The notes beneath the pieces are model-generated. The model ran no database searches. It had not been told where the DNA came from and was given only the letters and a program-made list of their open reading frames with translations. A DNA stretch of 63,640 nucleotides, counting the filler, from Chrysochromulina tobinii (Eukaryota), in NCBI GenBank assembly GCA_001275005.1. It is 6 parts of 6 records of this genome, joined end to end, with 100 filler letters (N's around TTAATTAATTAA, not from the genome) between each part and the next. Parts side by side here need not be neighbours in the genome. Positions count along the whole stretch, not along the records: positions 1 to 25,681 come from JWZX01000468.1; 5 more parts are not named here. One strand, given 5' to 3'. How positions within the stretch are numbered: position 1 is the first letter of the stretch; each line of letters begins with the position of its first letter. This document shows positions 10,038-20,002 of the stretch, in pieces. The translations under genes and the position numbers were made by a program.

Positions 10038-10838
10038 ATGCCACTGCAGTTGGTCACCATCGAAGGCAACATCGGCACCGGCAAGACGACGATCGCACGG
10101 CTGGTGGCGAAGCACATCCCGGACTGTGCATTCTTCCCAGCGCCGGATCCCGAGAGCAACCCACACTGGTCTGCATTTCAAAAAGAGCCACACAAGCACG
10201 CACTGGCCATGCAGATTTGGTTCCTGCGCGCGCGCCTGCGTACGTACATCGAGGCCTTGCGCTACATGAATACCAAGCAAGAGAGCGTGATCCTCGATTT
10301 TTCGGTCTGGTCTGACATCATTTTCGGCACGTTGCACTTCCAACAAGGCCACTTGACAGCAGAGGAATTTTCGGTGTACCAAGAGCTCTCTCGAAAGATC
10401 GACGAGCTGGGTCTGCCCCCGCCGCACCTCACAATCGTGCTCCACGCCAATCCGACAGAGTGTGTGCGGCGCTGTGAAACCAGCTTGACGCGCTCGAATA
10501 CGCCTACCCTCGATACGCTGCATATGGTCGACGCGCTCATCAAACAGAGATGGCTGCGGGACAAGGAGAACGTGTTCACGCCACGCTGGCTCAAGGCCGA
10601 GCGCGTTGCGCCAGAGGCCCCCGGGCTCCCCGCCGCGCCGTCGCTGCTTGTGTTGGTGCGGGACTGGAGCGATCTCTCTCGCGTCAAGCTCGCCACGATC
10701 TCCGACGCGGTCTTTTGCACGGACCCGATGTCGTTCGACGCGTGGATTGGCCCCTGGAAGGCTGAGTCCGTGGATGCGCGGGTCGAGGCGCTGCTCCAGG
10801 ATGGGGGTGACTCAGTGAACCCAGCCGTGCTGGACTGA
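10038..10838 (+). CDS. Deoxynucleoside kinase family protein
   Basis: P-loop VTIEGNIGTGKTT, F..EP.KHALAMQIWFL and PPPHLTIVLHANP.EC.RR. Confidence 0.85.
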   Translation: MPLQLVTIEGNIGTGKTTIARLVAKHIPDCAFFPAPDPESNPHWSAFQKEPHKHALAMQIWFLRARLRTYIEALRYMNTKQESVILDFSVWSDIIFGTLHFQQGHLTAEEFSVYQELSRKIDELGLPPPHLTIVLHANPTECVRRCETSLTRSNTPTLDTLHMVDALIKQRWLRDKENVFTPRWLKAERVAPEAPGLPAAPSLLVLVRDWSDLSRVKLATISDAVFCTDPMSFDAWIGPWKAESVDARVEALLQDGGDSVNPAVLD

Positions 10839-11325
10839 TGGACTGAGTGTGAGGCCTCTCTCGGGCGTCGGCGGCAACATCACATCGTCAGTACATGACG
10901 GGACCGCGGCGAGCGGCGCCGGCGGACAGGCCTGAGCTCAACGACAATACTACAGTACCATTCCAAGGAGATAGAGTACAATTCCACGCGACGTTGTAAT
11001 TAGTGCTGTTTGGAAATTCTCTCACACTTTGAGTGTTAAATATGAACGAATTTTCAGTGTGCGAGATTGAGGAGCGAGAGCCCCGCAGCCCTTGTTGCAC
11101 TTGTATTTCTGACGCTCCGGTTCCTCGCCGGACCCTGGGGCGTCCGGAATAGCAGAGTTTATATCGCGATTTTTCCGCACCCTTCAGTCACGTCCGTGAA
11201 GGGCACCGTGTCTATGAACACAACACGCGTTCCACGTCGCGAGCATGAGAATGAAGTGACAGTGACGTGTGCGAGGTGTTGCCCTTCACGCATTTGAGTT
11301 TGGTTTGTGCGTGTTGGTGTGTTGT

Positions 11326-11355
11326 GACTTGACTTGACTTGACTTGACTTGACTT
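11326..11355 (+). repeat. (GACTT)6 microsatellite
   Basis: Directly visible upstream of the CoaE-HAD gene. Confidence 0.95.
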
Positions 11356-11476
11356 GGTGTGTTGTGAAAGGTTACGCGCTCGATCTCGCACCTCACCCTG
11401 TGTCCCCTGTGTGCACCTCGCTCGGCGCTCTGGGTGACGACAAAAGGGTAGAGATACTCACGAACCGCGAACGGCG

Positions 11477-12970
11477 ATGATGAGTCGCGCTGTGCCCGTC
11501 ATCGTCGGCCTCACGGGCAGTATAGGCATGGGCAAGAGCACCGCATCGGCGTGGTGCCGCAAGGTGGGCATTCCCGTGCACGATGCAGACGCATGCGTTC
11601 ATTCGCTGTATGGTCCGGGAGGTGCTGCGGTGCAGCCCGTCGGTGCAGCCTTCCCTGGAGTAGCGAGTGATGCTGGCATCGACCGCGCCGCCCTCTCTGC
11701 AGCGGTTGCGGCGGCTGGGCGCGAAACAGCGCTGAAGACGCTCGAGGGTATCGTCCACCCACTCGTCACCACTGACCGCGAGGCCTTCGTCGCCCAGGCG
11801 GCGGCAGATGGGGCATGGTGCGTGGTGCTTGACATACCGCTGCTGTTTGAAACGATGGATCCCGAGGCGCGCACAAAGGACTTCGATGCGCTTGTCGTCA
11901 TTTCCGCGCCGGCCGAGATCCAGAGAGCACGGGTGCTCGCACGGCCAGGGATGACTGAGGAGAAGTTTGCCTTCCTCCTCTCGAAGCAGGTGCCTGACGC
12001 GACAAAGCGTGCGGCGGCCGACTACGTCATCGAGACGGGCTTCGACTCGTACGCGCCCGCTCGCGCGCAGCTCGCCGCGTGCTTCCAGGCACTCGCGGCC
12101 AAGCACACGGAGCCATACACGCGATGGATGACGTCCGGGATGCCATTGCCGCCGCCGCGGCGGCTTCCGCCGCTTCCGCCGCCGCTGCTTCCGCCGCCAG
12201 CCACCAAGATCCGTGCCGTCACGATGGACTTGGACGACACGTGCTGGCCCACCTTCCCACCCATTTTGAAGGCCAGTGCTGCGCTCGAGTCGGACATGGC
12301 AGAGCTGCTGCCGCGCGCGGCTGCGGCGGGCTGTGGGGATAGGGGTGCCCTCAAGGCATCCATTACCGAGGTGCAGAAGGAGCAGCCGCTGTTGGTGCAC
12401 GATATGAGTGCGTTGCGACACGCGGCGCTGGCCAAGCAGGCCCGCACGCACGGAGACGACCCGGGCGCGCCCGTCGATGAGCTGATGCGTCGCTTCGTGC
12501 TCGCTCGCTCTGATGTGAAGGACTACTTCTTCTCGGACACGGCGGCGAGCCTGCAGGCGCTCCGGCGAGCGGGGCTCACGGTTGGCGCGTGCACCAATGG
12601 CAACTGCGATGTGCGCCTGCACGCCGAGGTCGTCGAGTTCTTTGACTTCACAGTCAGCGCGGGCGATGCAGGCGCAACGAAGCCCAGTGCGGCGCCGTTT
12701 TGGATGGCAGCACACGCTGCGGGCTGCCGGCCGAGTGAGATGGTACACGTAGGAGACGACGTGGTGACCGACCTCAAAGGGGCGCTCGACGCCGGCTTCC
12801 GGGCGGTGCTCGTGTCACGCGCCGATCTGCTGCCACGCAAGCCGCAGGAGCTTGAGGTTCTCGAGACGCTCGAGAAGGACCCCGCCCGCTGGAGAGAGGT
12901 GGCGTCGCTCGAGGAGATGGTGCAGGTTGTGCGAGAGTGGTGTGAAAAGACTGAAGTGGATGGCCCGTGA
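11477..12970 (+). CDS. coaE: Dephospho-CoA kinase fused to a HAD-superfamily (YigB-like) phosphatase
   Basis: N-terminal: [35 protein letters not shown]. Poly-Pro linker. C-terminal: [24 protein letters not shown]. Confidence 0.88.
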   Translation: MMSRAVPVIVGLTGSIGMGKSTASAWCRKVGIPVHDADACVHSLYGPGGAAVQPVGAAFPGVASDAGIDRAALSAAVAAAGRETALKTLEGIVHPLVTTDREAFVAQAAADGAWCVVLDIPLLFETMDPEARTKDFDALVVISAPAEIQRARVLARPGMTEEKFAFLLSKQVPDATKRAAADYVIETGFDSYAPARAQLAACFQALAAKHTEPYTRWMTSGMPLPPPRRLPPLPPPLLPPPATKIRAVTMDLDDTCWPTFPPILKASAALESDMAELLPRAAAAGCGDRGALKASITEVQKEQPLLVHDMSALRHAALAKQARTHGDDPGAPVDELMRRFVLARSDVKDYFFSDTAASLQALRRAGLTVGACTNGNCDVRLHAEVVEFFDFTVSAGDAGATKPSAAPFWMAAHAAGCRPSEMVHVGDDVVTDLKGALDAGFRAVLVSRADLLPRKPQELEVLETLEKDPARWREVASLEEMVQVVREWCEKTEVDGP

Positions 12971-13496
12971 AACTGCAAAAACCGAAAGGAGTTCTTCAGT
13001 CTTCACCTCACGCTCCTTGGTGGCATATAATGGAGTGTTTGCGACTGGGCTCCTCGGGTTAACCCACCGGGGGAATGACCCCCCTACCGCTCGCAGTGTT
13101 GTGTCCCTCTCAGAGGGGGGGCTGCTGGGTTTCAGTGCTGGCGTAGGCTTGTAGCTTTTGTTAGAAAGTTTTGAATAGAGTACTGTTGATTAGTGATGAC
13201 GTCTTCTCGACTTGCGTACATTATAGCGTACATGTATGCACGCGCGCGCGAGCGCGAGCGCGCGCCTCGGCATGCGTGCTCAAAAAGACACCGGGGGAGT
13301 CGGGACACACACGTTTCACGCCTGCGTACCGATTGCCGATTTCAAGCGCCGCACGCTGGTGGGGTACTGAACGGACGTTTCACGCTTGCGTACCGGTACT
13401 GTACCGGTAGCCAAAGTTCCATGAGAGGAGAGGGCTCGTGTCGTTCAGGATTCCAGCGTGGAGCCGGCCTACGCTGGGTGGTGCGGTCCCGATCGG

Positions 13497-15191
13497 ATGG
13501 CTGCTACCAACGGCACCCCTACGATCGGCACGCTTGACCACCGGCACCCATACGCACAAACCTTCAGAGAGCTGAGAGGGTTGAGCCCGCGTGCCAACTC
13601 ACCGCGCGATCGCACGTGGTGTGAAACTCCGCTGTCATGGGACGCTCTGGCGTGGAAAACTATCCAACCACTTTCTGTGTGGGATACTATCGAACGCCAA
13701 GAACAGGAGGCCCTTCGCGAGCGCAAGCGTCAGCTGCGCGAGAAGCTGATTCCCATCGAGGGCAAGCCTGGCTTCTACCACCCGAACAGGCAGCACGCCC
13801 TGCGAGTGCGTCTGCAAGGCCACCGTGGTCAGTTCGTCGTCGAGCACTTCAAGCTGAGCGCGAGCAACGGCGTCAGCGTCATCGACCAGCTTAAGGAGGT
13901 GCTCGCAGTGAATCGCGTGCGTGTCATCGACCTGTTCAACTCATTCGACGCAAACTCGGACGGCATGTTGACGCGCCTTGAGCTCCATCGTGCGTTCGAG
14001 TTTATGGGCTACGGCGCCAACCCAGAGGCGGTGGACGAGCTCTTCGACAGCTGGGACGAGGACGGTTCGGGCGCCCTCTCATTTGGCGAGCTGAACCACC
14101 TGCTGCGCCAGACGGGTGGTGGCAGATCCCCGCAATCGCCACGCCGCACAGCCACCAGTATCCAGTCGCCGCTGGCGCTGGCGGGAGGTGCACCGGCTCC
14201 TGGACCGTCAGGCACGCCGAGCGCTCCCTCGACACCCCACGTGGCAAAGCAACTGCAACATGACCAGCGGGAAAGGCAGCGGGAGACATCCTTGCCTGAA
14301 CTTGAGCCGATTGCAGCCAAACCGAGCTCCTACCACGAACGCCATAGGGCTGAGGTTGGGGAGCAGATTGAAGGTAAGAAAGGCTTCAATCACCACAACT
14401 ACCTCCACTCGTTGCGCCATGAGGCACATGGAGCGCGAGGTCAGGCGCTCGACTCTACGGTCAAGCTCGACGCTACAGACTACGCGAGCGCGGCCGAGCA
14501 GCTCAAAGACCTCCTCCGCGTCAATCGCGTGCGCGTCATCGACCTATTCTCTTCGTGGGACGTGGACGGCAACGGCGTCATCAGCCGCTCCGAGTTCCAC
14601 CGCGCCTTCTCGTTCCTCGGCTATGCGGGCTCGCCGTCTGTCATCGACTACCTCTTCGCGTCCTTGGACACAAATCAATCAGGCACAATCGACTTTGCTG
14701 AGCTGAACGTGCAGCTAAGGGCGACGTTTCGGCCGCGAAAGCCGCACTCGCCGCGAGCAGGCCTCGTCTCCGAGCGGAGCGCCGAGCTGACAACATCCTC
14801 CGACTCGGCCACTCCATGCGCGCAGAGCCCCCTCTTGCCAACCGTCGGTTCGCTCGTTAGCGAAGATCTGGTCAAAGATCTGGGCCCGCTGCGGGCGATG
14901 CGGGCGCAGCTCGACGCGGAGCGGCGGCTGTGGGCGCGACGACGGCAGGAGAGTCTCTCTCGCTTGCAAAGCCTGCGCTGGCATAACGGCAAGAAAATGC
15001 CTGCTGGTTGTGCACCGCTACCGCCGCCGTACACGCCCCCCGATCCGACGCGGCCGTTCACTCCCGCGCCGCCGCAGGCGCCCTTTGCGCTGCCGCCCAC
15101 GGAAGCGATCATAGATGCGATTGTGCACGAGCGGCTCGAGGCGTCTCTTCGGGCACTCCAGACTAAATCGAAGCCAAGAGGCAAGTCTTGA
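13497..15191 (+). CDS. EF-hand protein with two internally repeated EF-pair modules
   Basis: The module IEGK.GF.H.N..H.LR...QLK..L.VNRVRVIDLF + two EF loops occurs twice. Confidence 0.8.
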   Translation: MAATNGTPTIGTLDHRHPYAQTFRELRGLSPRANSPRDRTWCETPLSWDALAWKTIQPLSVWDTIERQEQEALRERKRQLREKLIPIEGKPGFYHPNRQHALRVRLQGHRGQFVVEHFKLSASNGVSVIDQLKEVLAVNRVRVIDLFNSFDANSDGMLTRLELHRAFEFMGYGANPEAVDELFDSWDEDGSGALSFGELNHLLRQTGGGRSPQSPRRTATSIQSPLALAGGAPAPGPSGTPSAPSTPHVAKQLQHDQRERQRETSLPELEPIAAKPSSYHERHRAEVGEQIEGKKGFNHHNYLHSLRHEAHGARGQALDSTVKLDATDYASAAEQLKDLLRVNRVRVIDLFSSWDVDGNGVISRSEFHRAFSFLGYAGSPSVIDYLFASLDTNQSGTIDFAELNVQLRATFRPRKPHSPRAGLVSERSAELTTSSDSATPCAQSPLLPTVGSLVSEDLVKDLGPLRAMRAQLDAERRLWARRRQESLSRLQSLRWHNGKKMPAGCAPLPPPYTPPDPTRPFTPAPPQAPFALPPTEAIIDAIVHERLEASLRALQTKSKPRGKS

Positions 15192-15660
15192 TTTCGAATC
15201 TTGCTGAATGGGGAGCGTGCTGGGTGGCATACAGTGCGCTCGATGGCGTGCGGGTCGGACAGAGAGCATGTGGCGGAGGAGCGCAGGAGACGGATTGAAC
15301 AAAAACGGTAATCTGATGTTCCGGAGGGTCGGGAGGAGTTTGGTCGCAATGCGACACCCGCACCCTGACCCGGACCAAGCACCCCTAACCGCTTGTACCG
15401 GTCGGGTTTCACATGACCGGACGATCGAGTCGCAATCGCGAATTGGACCAATTCCTTCGTTCTCGTCCGGGATGGTAAACGCAACGAACGGGCTGCCGTG
15501 CGAAACCCGCCCGCAACCGGCGTTCAGTCCCCTAACGAGCTCACGTCCGAGAAATGTCTGTCATCTCCGCGTGCGACGCGATGTGTGCATGAAGCATCGC
15601 GCAGGCCAGCCGGGCAGCCCCGGGAGAGACACGGTGCGCGCGCCCCGCCTCGTGAGGCGT

Positions 15661-16818
15661 TCAGTCTGTAGGGATCTTAACACCAGTGACCGCAAGCTTG
15701 ATGAACTCGCTCTTCTGTACCTTACCGTCGCCATCGGCGTCGAACTTGTCAAGCAGTTCGTCGACGGTTCTGGAGCGGCTCAACGCATCGGCGTAGCTGG
15801 CAATGCGCGCGTAGATGGACTGGATGGCGGTGGTCGCCTGCTCGGTGAAGAGGGCCTGCAACTCAGCTAGGTCGAGCGTGCCGTCGCCGTCGGCGTCGAA
15901 CGTCTTCCAGAGCGCCTCCGCCTCCTCTTCCGTCACGCCAGTCGCGAGGTTGGCCAGCCCGGCCTTGAGGTTGGCCACCCGAAGCATCAGCATCTGCGAC
16001 GGCGGCGGAGCGGCGAGGGCAAGCCACGGTCAGCAGAAAGCGTGGCGGCGAGGGCATGCAATGGGTCAGGACGCGTGGCGGCAAGGGCATGCAACGGGTC
16101 AGCAGACGCGTGCGCGTTAGCTGCGCCTCACGTGGATCATCTCGAAGCCAGGCTCGCCGCGCCGCGCCGTCTTCAGCGCACGAGCCTCGTCCTGGACCTT
16201 GGTGCGCTTGGACGGCGGGCCTCTGCTGCTCCCGCCGCGCTCGTCAGGCGACATCGCGTCGATGTTGTCCAACCCTCGAATGGCGAGGTTCACAAACTCG
16301 ACTTTTTGTACACGGCCATCGCGGTTCTTATCGAGGGCCTTGAGTAACTCTTTCGCGCTGTCCTTCGGCTTGCTCATCTGCTTCGAGATGCGCTCCACCT
16401 TGTTCGAGAGCCGGCGGATGATGGCATTGCCGAGGTCGTGCACCAGCCGCCGCAGCTCGCTGCGGTCCATTACGCCGTTACCGTCGTGGTCGTACAACTC
16501 CCAAATCCGCGCGGCCTGCGCCTCGGTGACACCCTTGGTCAGATTGCCCACATGATTGATAACCGCGCCCGACGGGTACTCCACGCCCTCGATCGCATCT
16601 TTCAGGTCCAGCATCAGGTCACCCGAGTCTGCCACATCGCCTGCCAAAAGGCTTTGTGACAGGACGTCGAAGACGCTCTCTTCGAGCTGATTCTGCTTCG
16701 GGTCATACAGGTCCTGGCTGATCTGCTGGATCTCGCCAGCAGTGAGCGTGGTCGAGGAGGCCGCAGCGGCGTCCTCCGCAAGTCGCAAAGCTCGGCCCGT
16801 ATTCCATGGTGAAGCCAT
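15661..16818 (-). CDS. EF-hand calcium-binding protein, join(16132..16818,15661..15993)
   Basis: EF loops DHDGNGVMDRSE, DKNRDGRVQKVE, DADGDGTLDLAE and DADGDGKVQKSE. Phase-0 intron GTGAGG...TCGCAG at 15994-16131. Confidence 0.8.
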
Positions 16819-17026
16819 CCTGTGCGGGGGAAGCCCGCGAAGCCCCTGAAGGCGCGGGCTTGTCTCGTGAATTTGAAAAGGACGGGACGCCGTTTCCCCC
16901 CACGCCAAAATCGATCTAAATACCGGGGCACAGCGTCTAAGGTCTGACCAGTGTCAAGAACCTGACAAGGAAGCGGCCACGAGTTCGGGCGCGCTCTTCG
17001 TCTTTGTCTCAAACGACACCGGCTTC

Positions 17027-18754
17027 CTATTCGGTGAAGGCGGCCGTAGTGGGCGGCCTCGAGTTCCCGAGTAGCTCTGCGACCAGAACATGATCTGGCA
17101 CCAATCGCACGCCCTTGGCGGCCTTCATCGTCTCGCGTAGGGGTGGCTGTCGTGAGCCCAGGGGCGTATACGACGCCTTGCCATCGGCCTCACGCGCGGC
17201 TGCGACTGTTTTGAGCAGGTGCTCCTGCGCCGCTTTGATGGCGGCCGCTTCCAACTTGGCCAGCTCCTCGGGCTCGAGCGGCCCGTCCTCCTTCTTCGTC
17301 GTCGGCTGCGGCGGCTGGCGTTTCTTGGCAGGCGCCGGCGGGGGCTCGGGCTTCTGCCCAGGCAACAACCCCTTCTCGAGCTCCGAGACACTCAAGTAAT
17401 TGGGCTGCGGCTGCATCTTTGCGTGGTTGGGCTTCGACTTCTCGACTGGTTCGCCCAGCTCCCTGTAGAAAAAGTCGCTCACCGACGCCTTCGACTCGAG
17501 CGCCCCTTTGGAGTAGAAAAAGTCGCTCTTGGCGAACTTCTTCTCGAGCGTCGCAATCTCCGCCTGCGCGAGCTCGCGCTCCTTTTGCAGCACCACGCGC
17601 AGCGCATTGATCTTGCGCTGCTCCGGGTCGGGCTCCAACTCGAGCGCAAGGCGCCGACTACGCTCCGCCTTGCGGAACTTTGGCTGCAGGTGCTCGGGCC
17701 CTCGGCACAGGAGCTGCCTCGACTTCGTCCACTCCGCCCCAGGATCGTCTGCTCGGTACACAAAGGAGCGCTCGGGAGGAGCTGGAGCGGCCGCTGCGCT
17801 GCCGGCACCGCCGGGGCTGCCGACGGCCTTTGCACTGCTACTGCCTAAGGAGCCAGTGGAGGCTGCGCTCGTCAGCTTGGGCGCAGGGCGCATCTTGGGC
17901 GCCGTCTTGGGCGCCGCTGCTCGAGCTCCGCCCCCCGCTGCTGTGGCTGTGAACACTCCGCCCCCCGCTGCTGTGAACACTCCGCCCCCCGCTGCTGTGG
18001 CTGTGGCCGCTTTCGGCGGAGGTGGCGACTTGATGAGCGGCGGGTTATCGAAGATGATCGTATCTCCTCTCCCCAGGGCCGATTGCGATGCCGACGTGTC
18101 ACCGCTCGCCATGGTGGGCTGCGATGCCGATGGCACGAGCGAGCCGCTAGCGCGCAGCGCTGCCGCCGACGAGGGCCGCAACGGGCCAGCGGCGCTAAAA
18201 GAACGCCCGCGGGCGAGCTCCTGCGCGCTCTGCGCGCTCTGCGGCCGGCCAGGGCCGGGTTTGCCCGCCGCCGCTGACAACCTCGCAGTCGTGCACGTGA
18301 TAGGTTGCTGTCCATACATGCCCACTGGAGGCGGCAGCGCGCCCGGCTTCTGAAATGGCATGACTACCTTCAGATCAGACCGCTTACGCCATGGCACCGC
18401 ACCACGAGACCAGTAGTCGAGCGGCGGCTGCGAGGCCTCGGGCTCGACGTCCCAAGCCGTCTTCAGGGTGGCAGCAGTGGCGGCGGCTGGATCGAAGTCT
18501 GGGCCGTTGATTCCGGCGTCGTTGCTCGTAAAGTACAGCGGGACGATTGTCTCGAACTGCTGCATGAATCGATTGACGACGTACGGTACTCTTTTGTTGT
18601 CCAGCTCACGATTACGCGCACCGGCAAAGGAGACATTGATCAACTCATTGAGGACCTCTGTGGCCGCCTCGACAGTTTCAGGATCGGGCTCCTTCGGGCC
18701 CTCGGGCTCGGGCTCCACCGGCGGTGGTGGTGGCTCCACCTTCTTCGGCGGCAT
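17027..18754 (-). CDS. Hypothetical protein (MPPKK start; possible DUF4639/C2orf81-like ciliary protein)
   Basis: 575-aa ORF. WDVEPE..QPPLDYWSRGAVP motif; family assignment is tentative. Confidence 0.6.
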   Translation of the reverse strand: MPPKKVEPPPPPVEPEPEGPKEPDPETVEAATEVLNELINVSFAGARNRELDNKRVPYVVNRFMQQFETIVPLYFTSNDAGINGPDFDPAAATAATLKTAWDVEPEASQPPLDYWSRGAVPWRKRSDLKVVMPFQKPGALPPPVGMYGQQPITCTTARLSAAAGKPGPGRPQSAQSAQELARGRSFSAAGPLRPSSAAALRASGSLVPSASQPTMASGDTSASQSALGRGDTIIFDNPPLIKSPPPPKAATATAAGGGVFTAAGGGVFTATAAGGGARAAAPKTAPKMRPAPKLTSAASTGSLGSSSAKAVGSPGGAGSAAAAPAPPERSFVYRADDPGAEWTKSRQLLCRGPEHLQPKFRKAERSRRLALELEPDPEQRKINALRVVLQKERELAQAEIATLEKKFAKSDFFYSKGALESKASVSDFFYRELGEPVEKSKPNHAKMQPQPNYLSVSELEKGLLPGQKPEPPPAPAKKRQPPQPTTKKEDGPLEPEELAKLEAAAIKAAQEHLLKTVAAAREADGKASYTPLGSRQPPLRETMKAAKGVRLVPDHVLVAELLGNSRPPTTAAFTE

Positions 18755-18898
18755 AAACAGACCGTTTCGTAACGAGTGTGCTTGCCCTCGCTCGCAGGTT
18801 GTCGCAACGCGACACTCTGGATGGATCCGGACTTTTGTTTTTTGTCATGTCAGTTTCGGTTTCAAACTCCGCCGAAGCTACATGTACATGTACCGCTT

Positions 18899-18990
18899 CC
18901 GTTCAAAAACTCCGGGGGTCCCGGGACACAAAGGACGGGAAACACGGGCACAGAGGTTCCTACCCGGCTCCCACCGGTGTTTTTGAACGG
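18899..18990. mobile_element. MITE-like element with terminal inverted repeats
   Basis: CCGTTCAAAAAC(T)CCGG at the left end and CCGGTGTTTTTGAACGG at the right end. Related motifs occur at 13280-13310 and 55185-55285. Confidence 0.45.
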
Positions 18991-19170
18991 TGTTTACTGT
19001 TTTTGTACACACACCGCGACCCCCCGCAGCCATTGTGGCGGTATCAGTGCGTGTAAGACGTAATTCTACTTGACTAGGTCGAGGCAACACACAACGCACG
19101 AGGCTATGATCAATCTGACCACGGGACGTGACGACATGGCGCCTCTGGCGGCCGCGTGGCGCACCCTCTC

Positions 19171-19878
19171 CTAAGGCGGCTTAAGCTTGCTCGCGGCTTC
19201 GAGCATCTGCACTACCGAAGAATGCCCCTCGCGTGTGGCGACCTTGAGAGGCGTGAGGCCATGCTCTGACAACGCACTTGTGCTCGCCCCCGCGGCAATC
19301 AAGGCCTCGCACACCGCAACTCGCCCTCGTGCCGATGCCAGATGCAAAGGAGTGCGCTCCTCGTCGTCACGAGCATCCACATCCGCCTTTGCGGCGAGGA
19401 GGCGGCGAACGATGGTGGCGTGCCCGACGTATGCCGCAACGTGTAACGGCTGGCTACCTAGCTGGCCCTCAGAAACGAGCGAGGCGCCAGCAGACAGCAG
19501 GATGGCCACGATGCTTTCGTGTCCGCAGAAGGCTGCCACGTGCAGCGGAGTGGACTTTTCGTCGTCGAAGCAGTTCACGTCCACGCCTTCGCCAAGTAGC
19601 CGCTGCACTTCCTCGAGTTGCCCTTCCGTCACTGCCTCTAAGAAAGCTGCCTCCTTCCCATGTCTCGCCGCAGTGTAGCCAAAGCTCGCAAGGGATGGGA
19701 GGCTCATGCTGGCGAGGCCAACGCAACATCCGTAGATCCAGGCCAGCAGAAGGCGGACGGTGTATATTGGGTTTCGAAGCAGCGAGCGCCACCCAGCCGC
19801 AATGGACGCGAACAGGGAGTGCGCAGCACCCTCGATCTCCGACATGCCGCTCGTGAAGAGAACGAGTTTGGAACTCAT
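19171..19878 (-). CDS. Ankyrin-repeat protein
   Basis: TPLHVAAFCGH, QPLHVAAYVGH, TPLHLASARG and TPLKVA..GH. Confidence 0.9.
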   Translation of the reverse strand: MSSKLVLFTSGMSEIEGAAHSLFASIAAGWRSLLRNPIYTVRLLLAWIYGCCVGLASMSLPSLASFGYTAARHGKEAAFLEAVTEGQLEEVQRLLGEGVDVNCFDDEKSTPLHVAAFCGHESIVAILLSAGASLVSEGQLGSQPLHVAAYVGHATIVRRLLAAKADVDARDDEERTPLHLASARGRVAVCEALIAAGASTSALSEHGLTPLKVATREGHSSVVQMLEAASKLKPP

Positions 19879-20002
19879 CTCCCTACATTGTATGAACCGT
19901 TTGGGAGAGTGCGCTCGTAGCGTATGTGAGTGCACTCAAAACGCCTGCAACGACGCCCGCATTCACGTTCACGTCACTCTCCGCACAACGTCTGCTTCGC
20001 GA

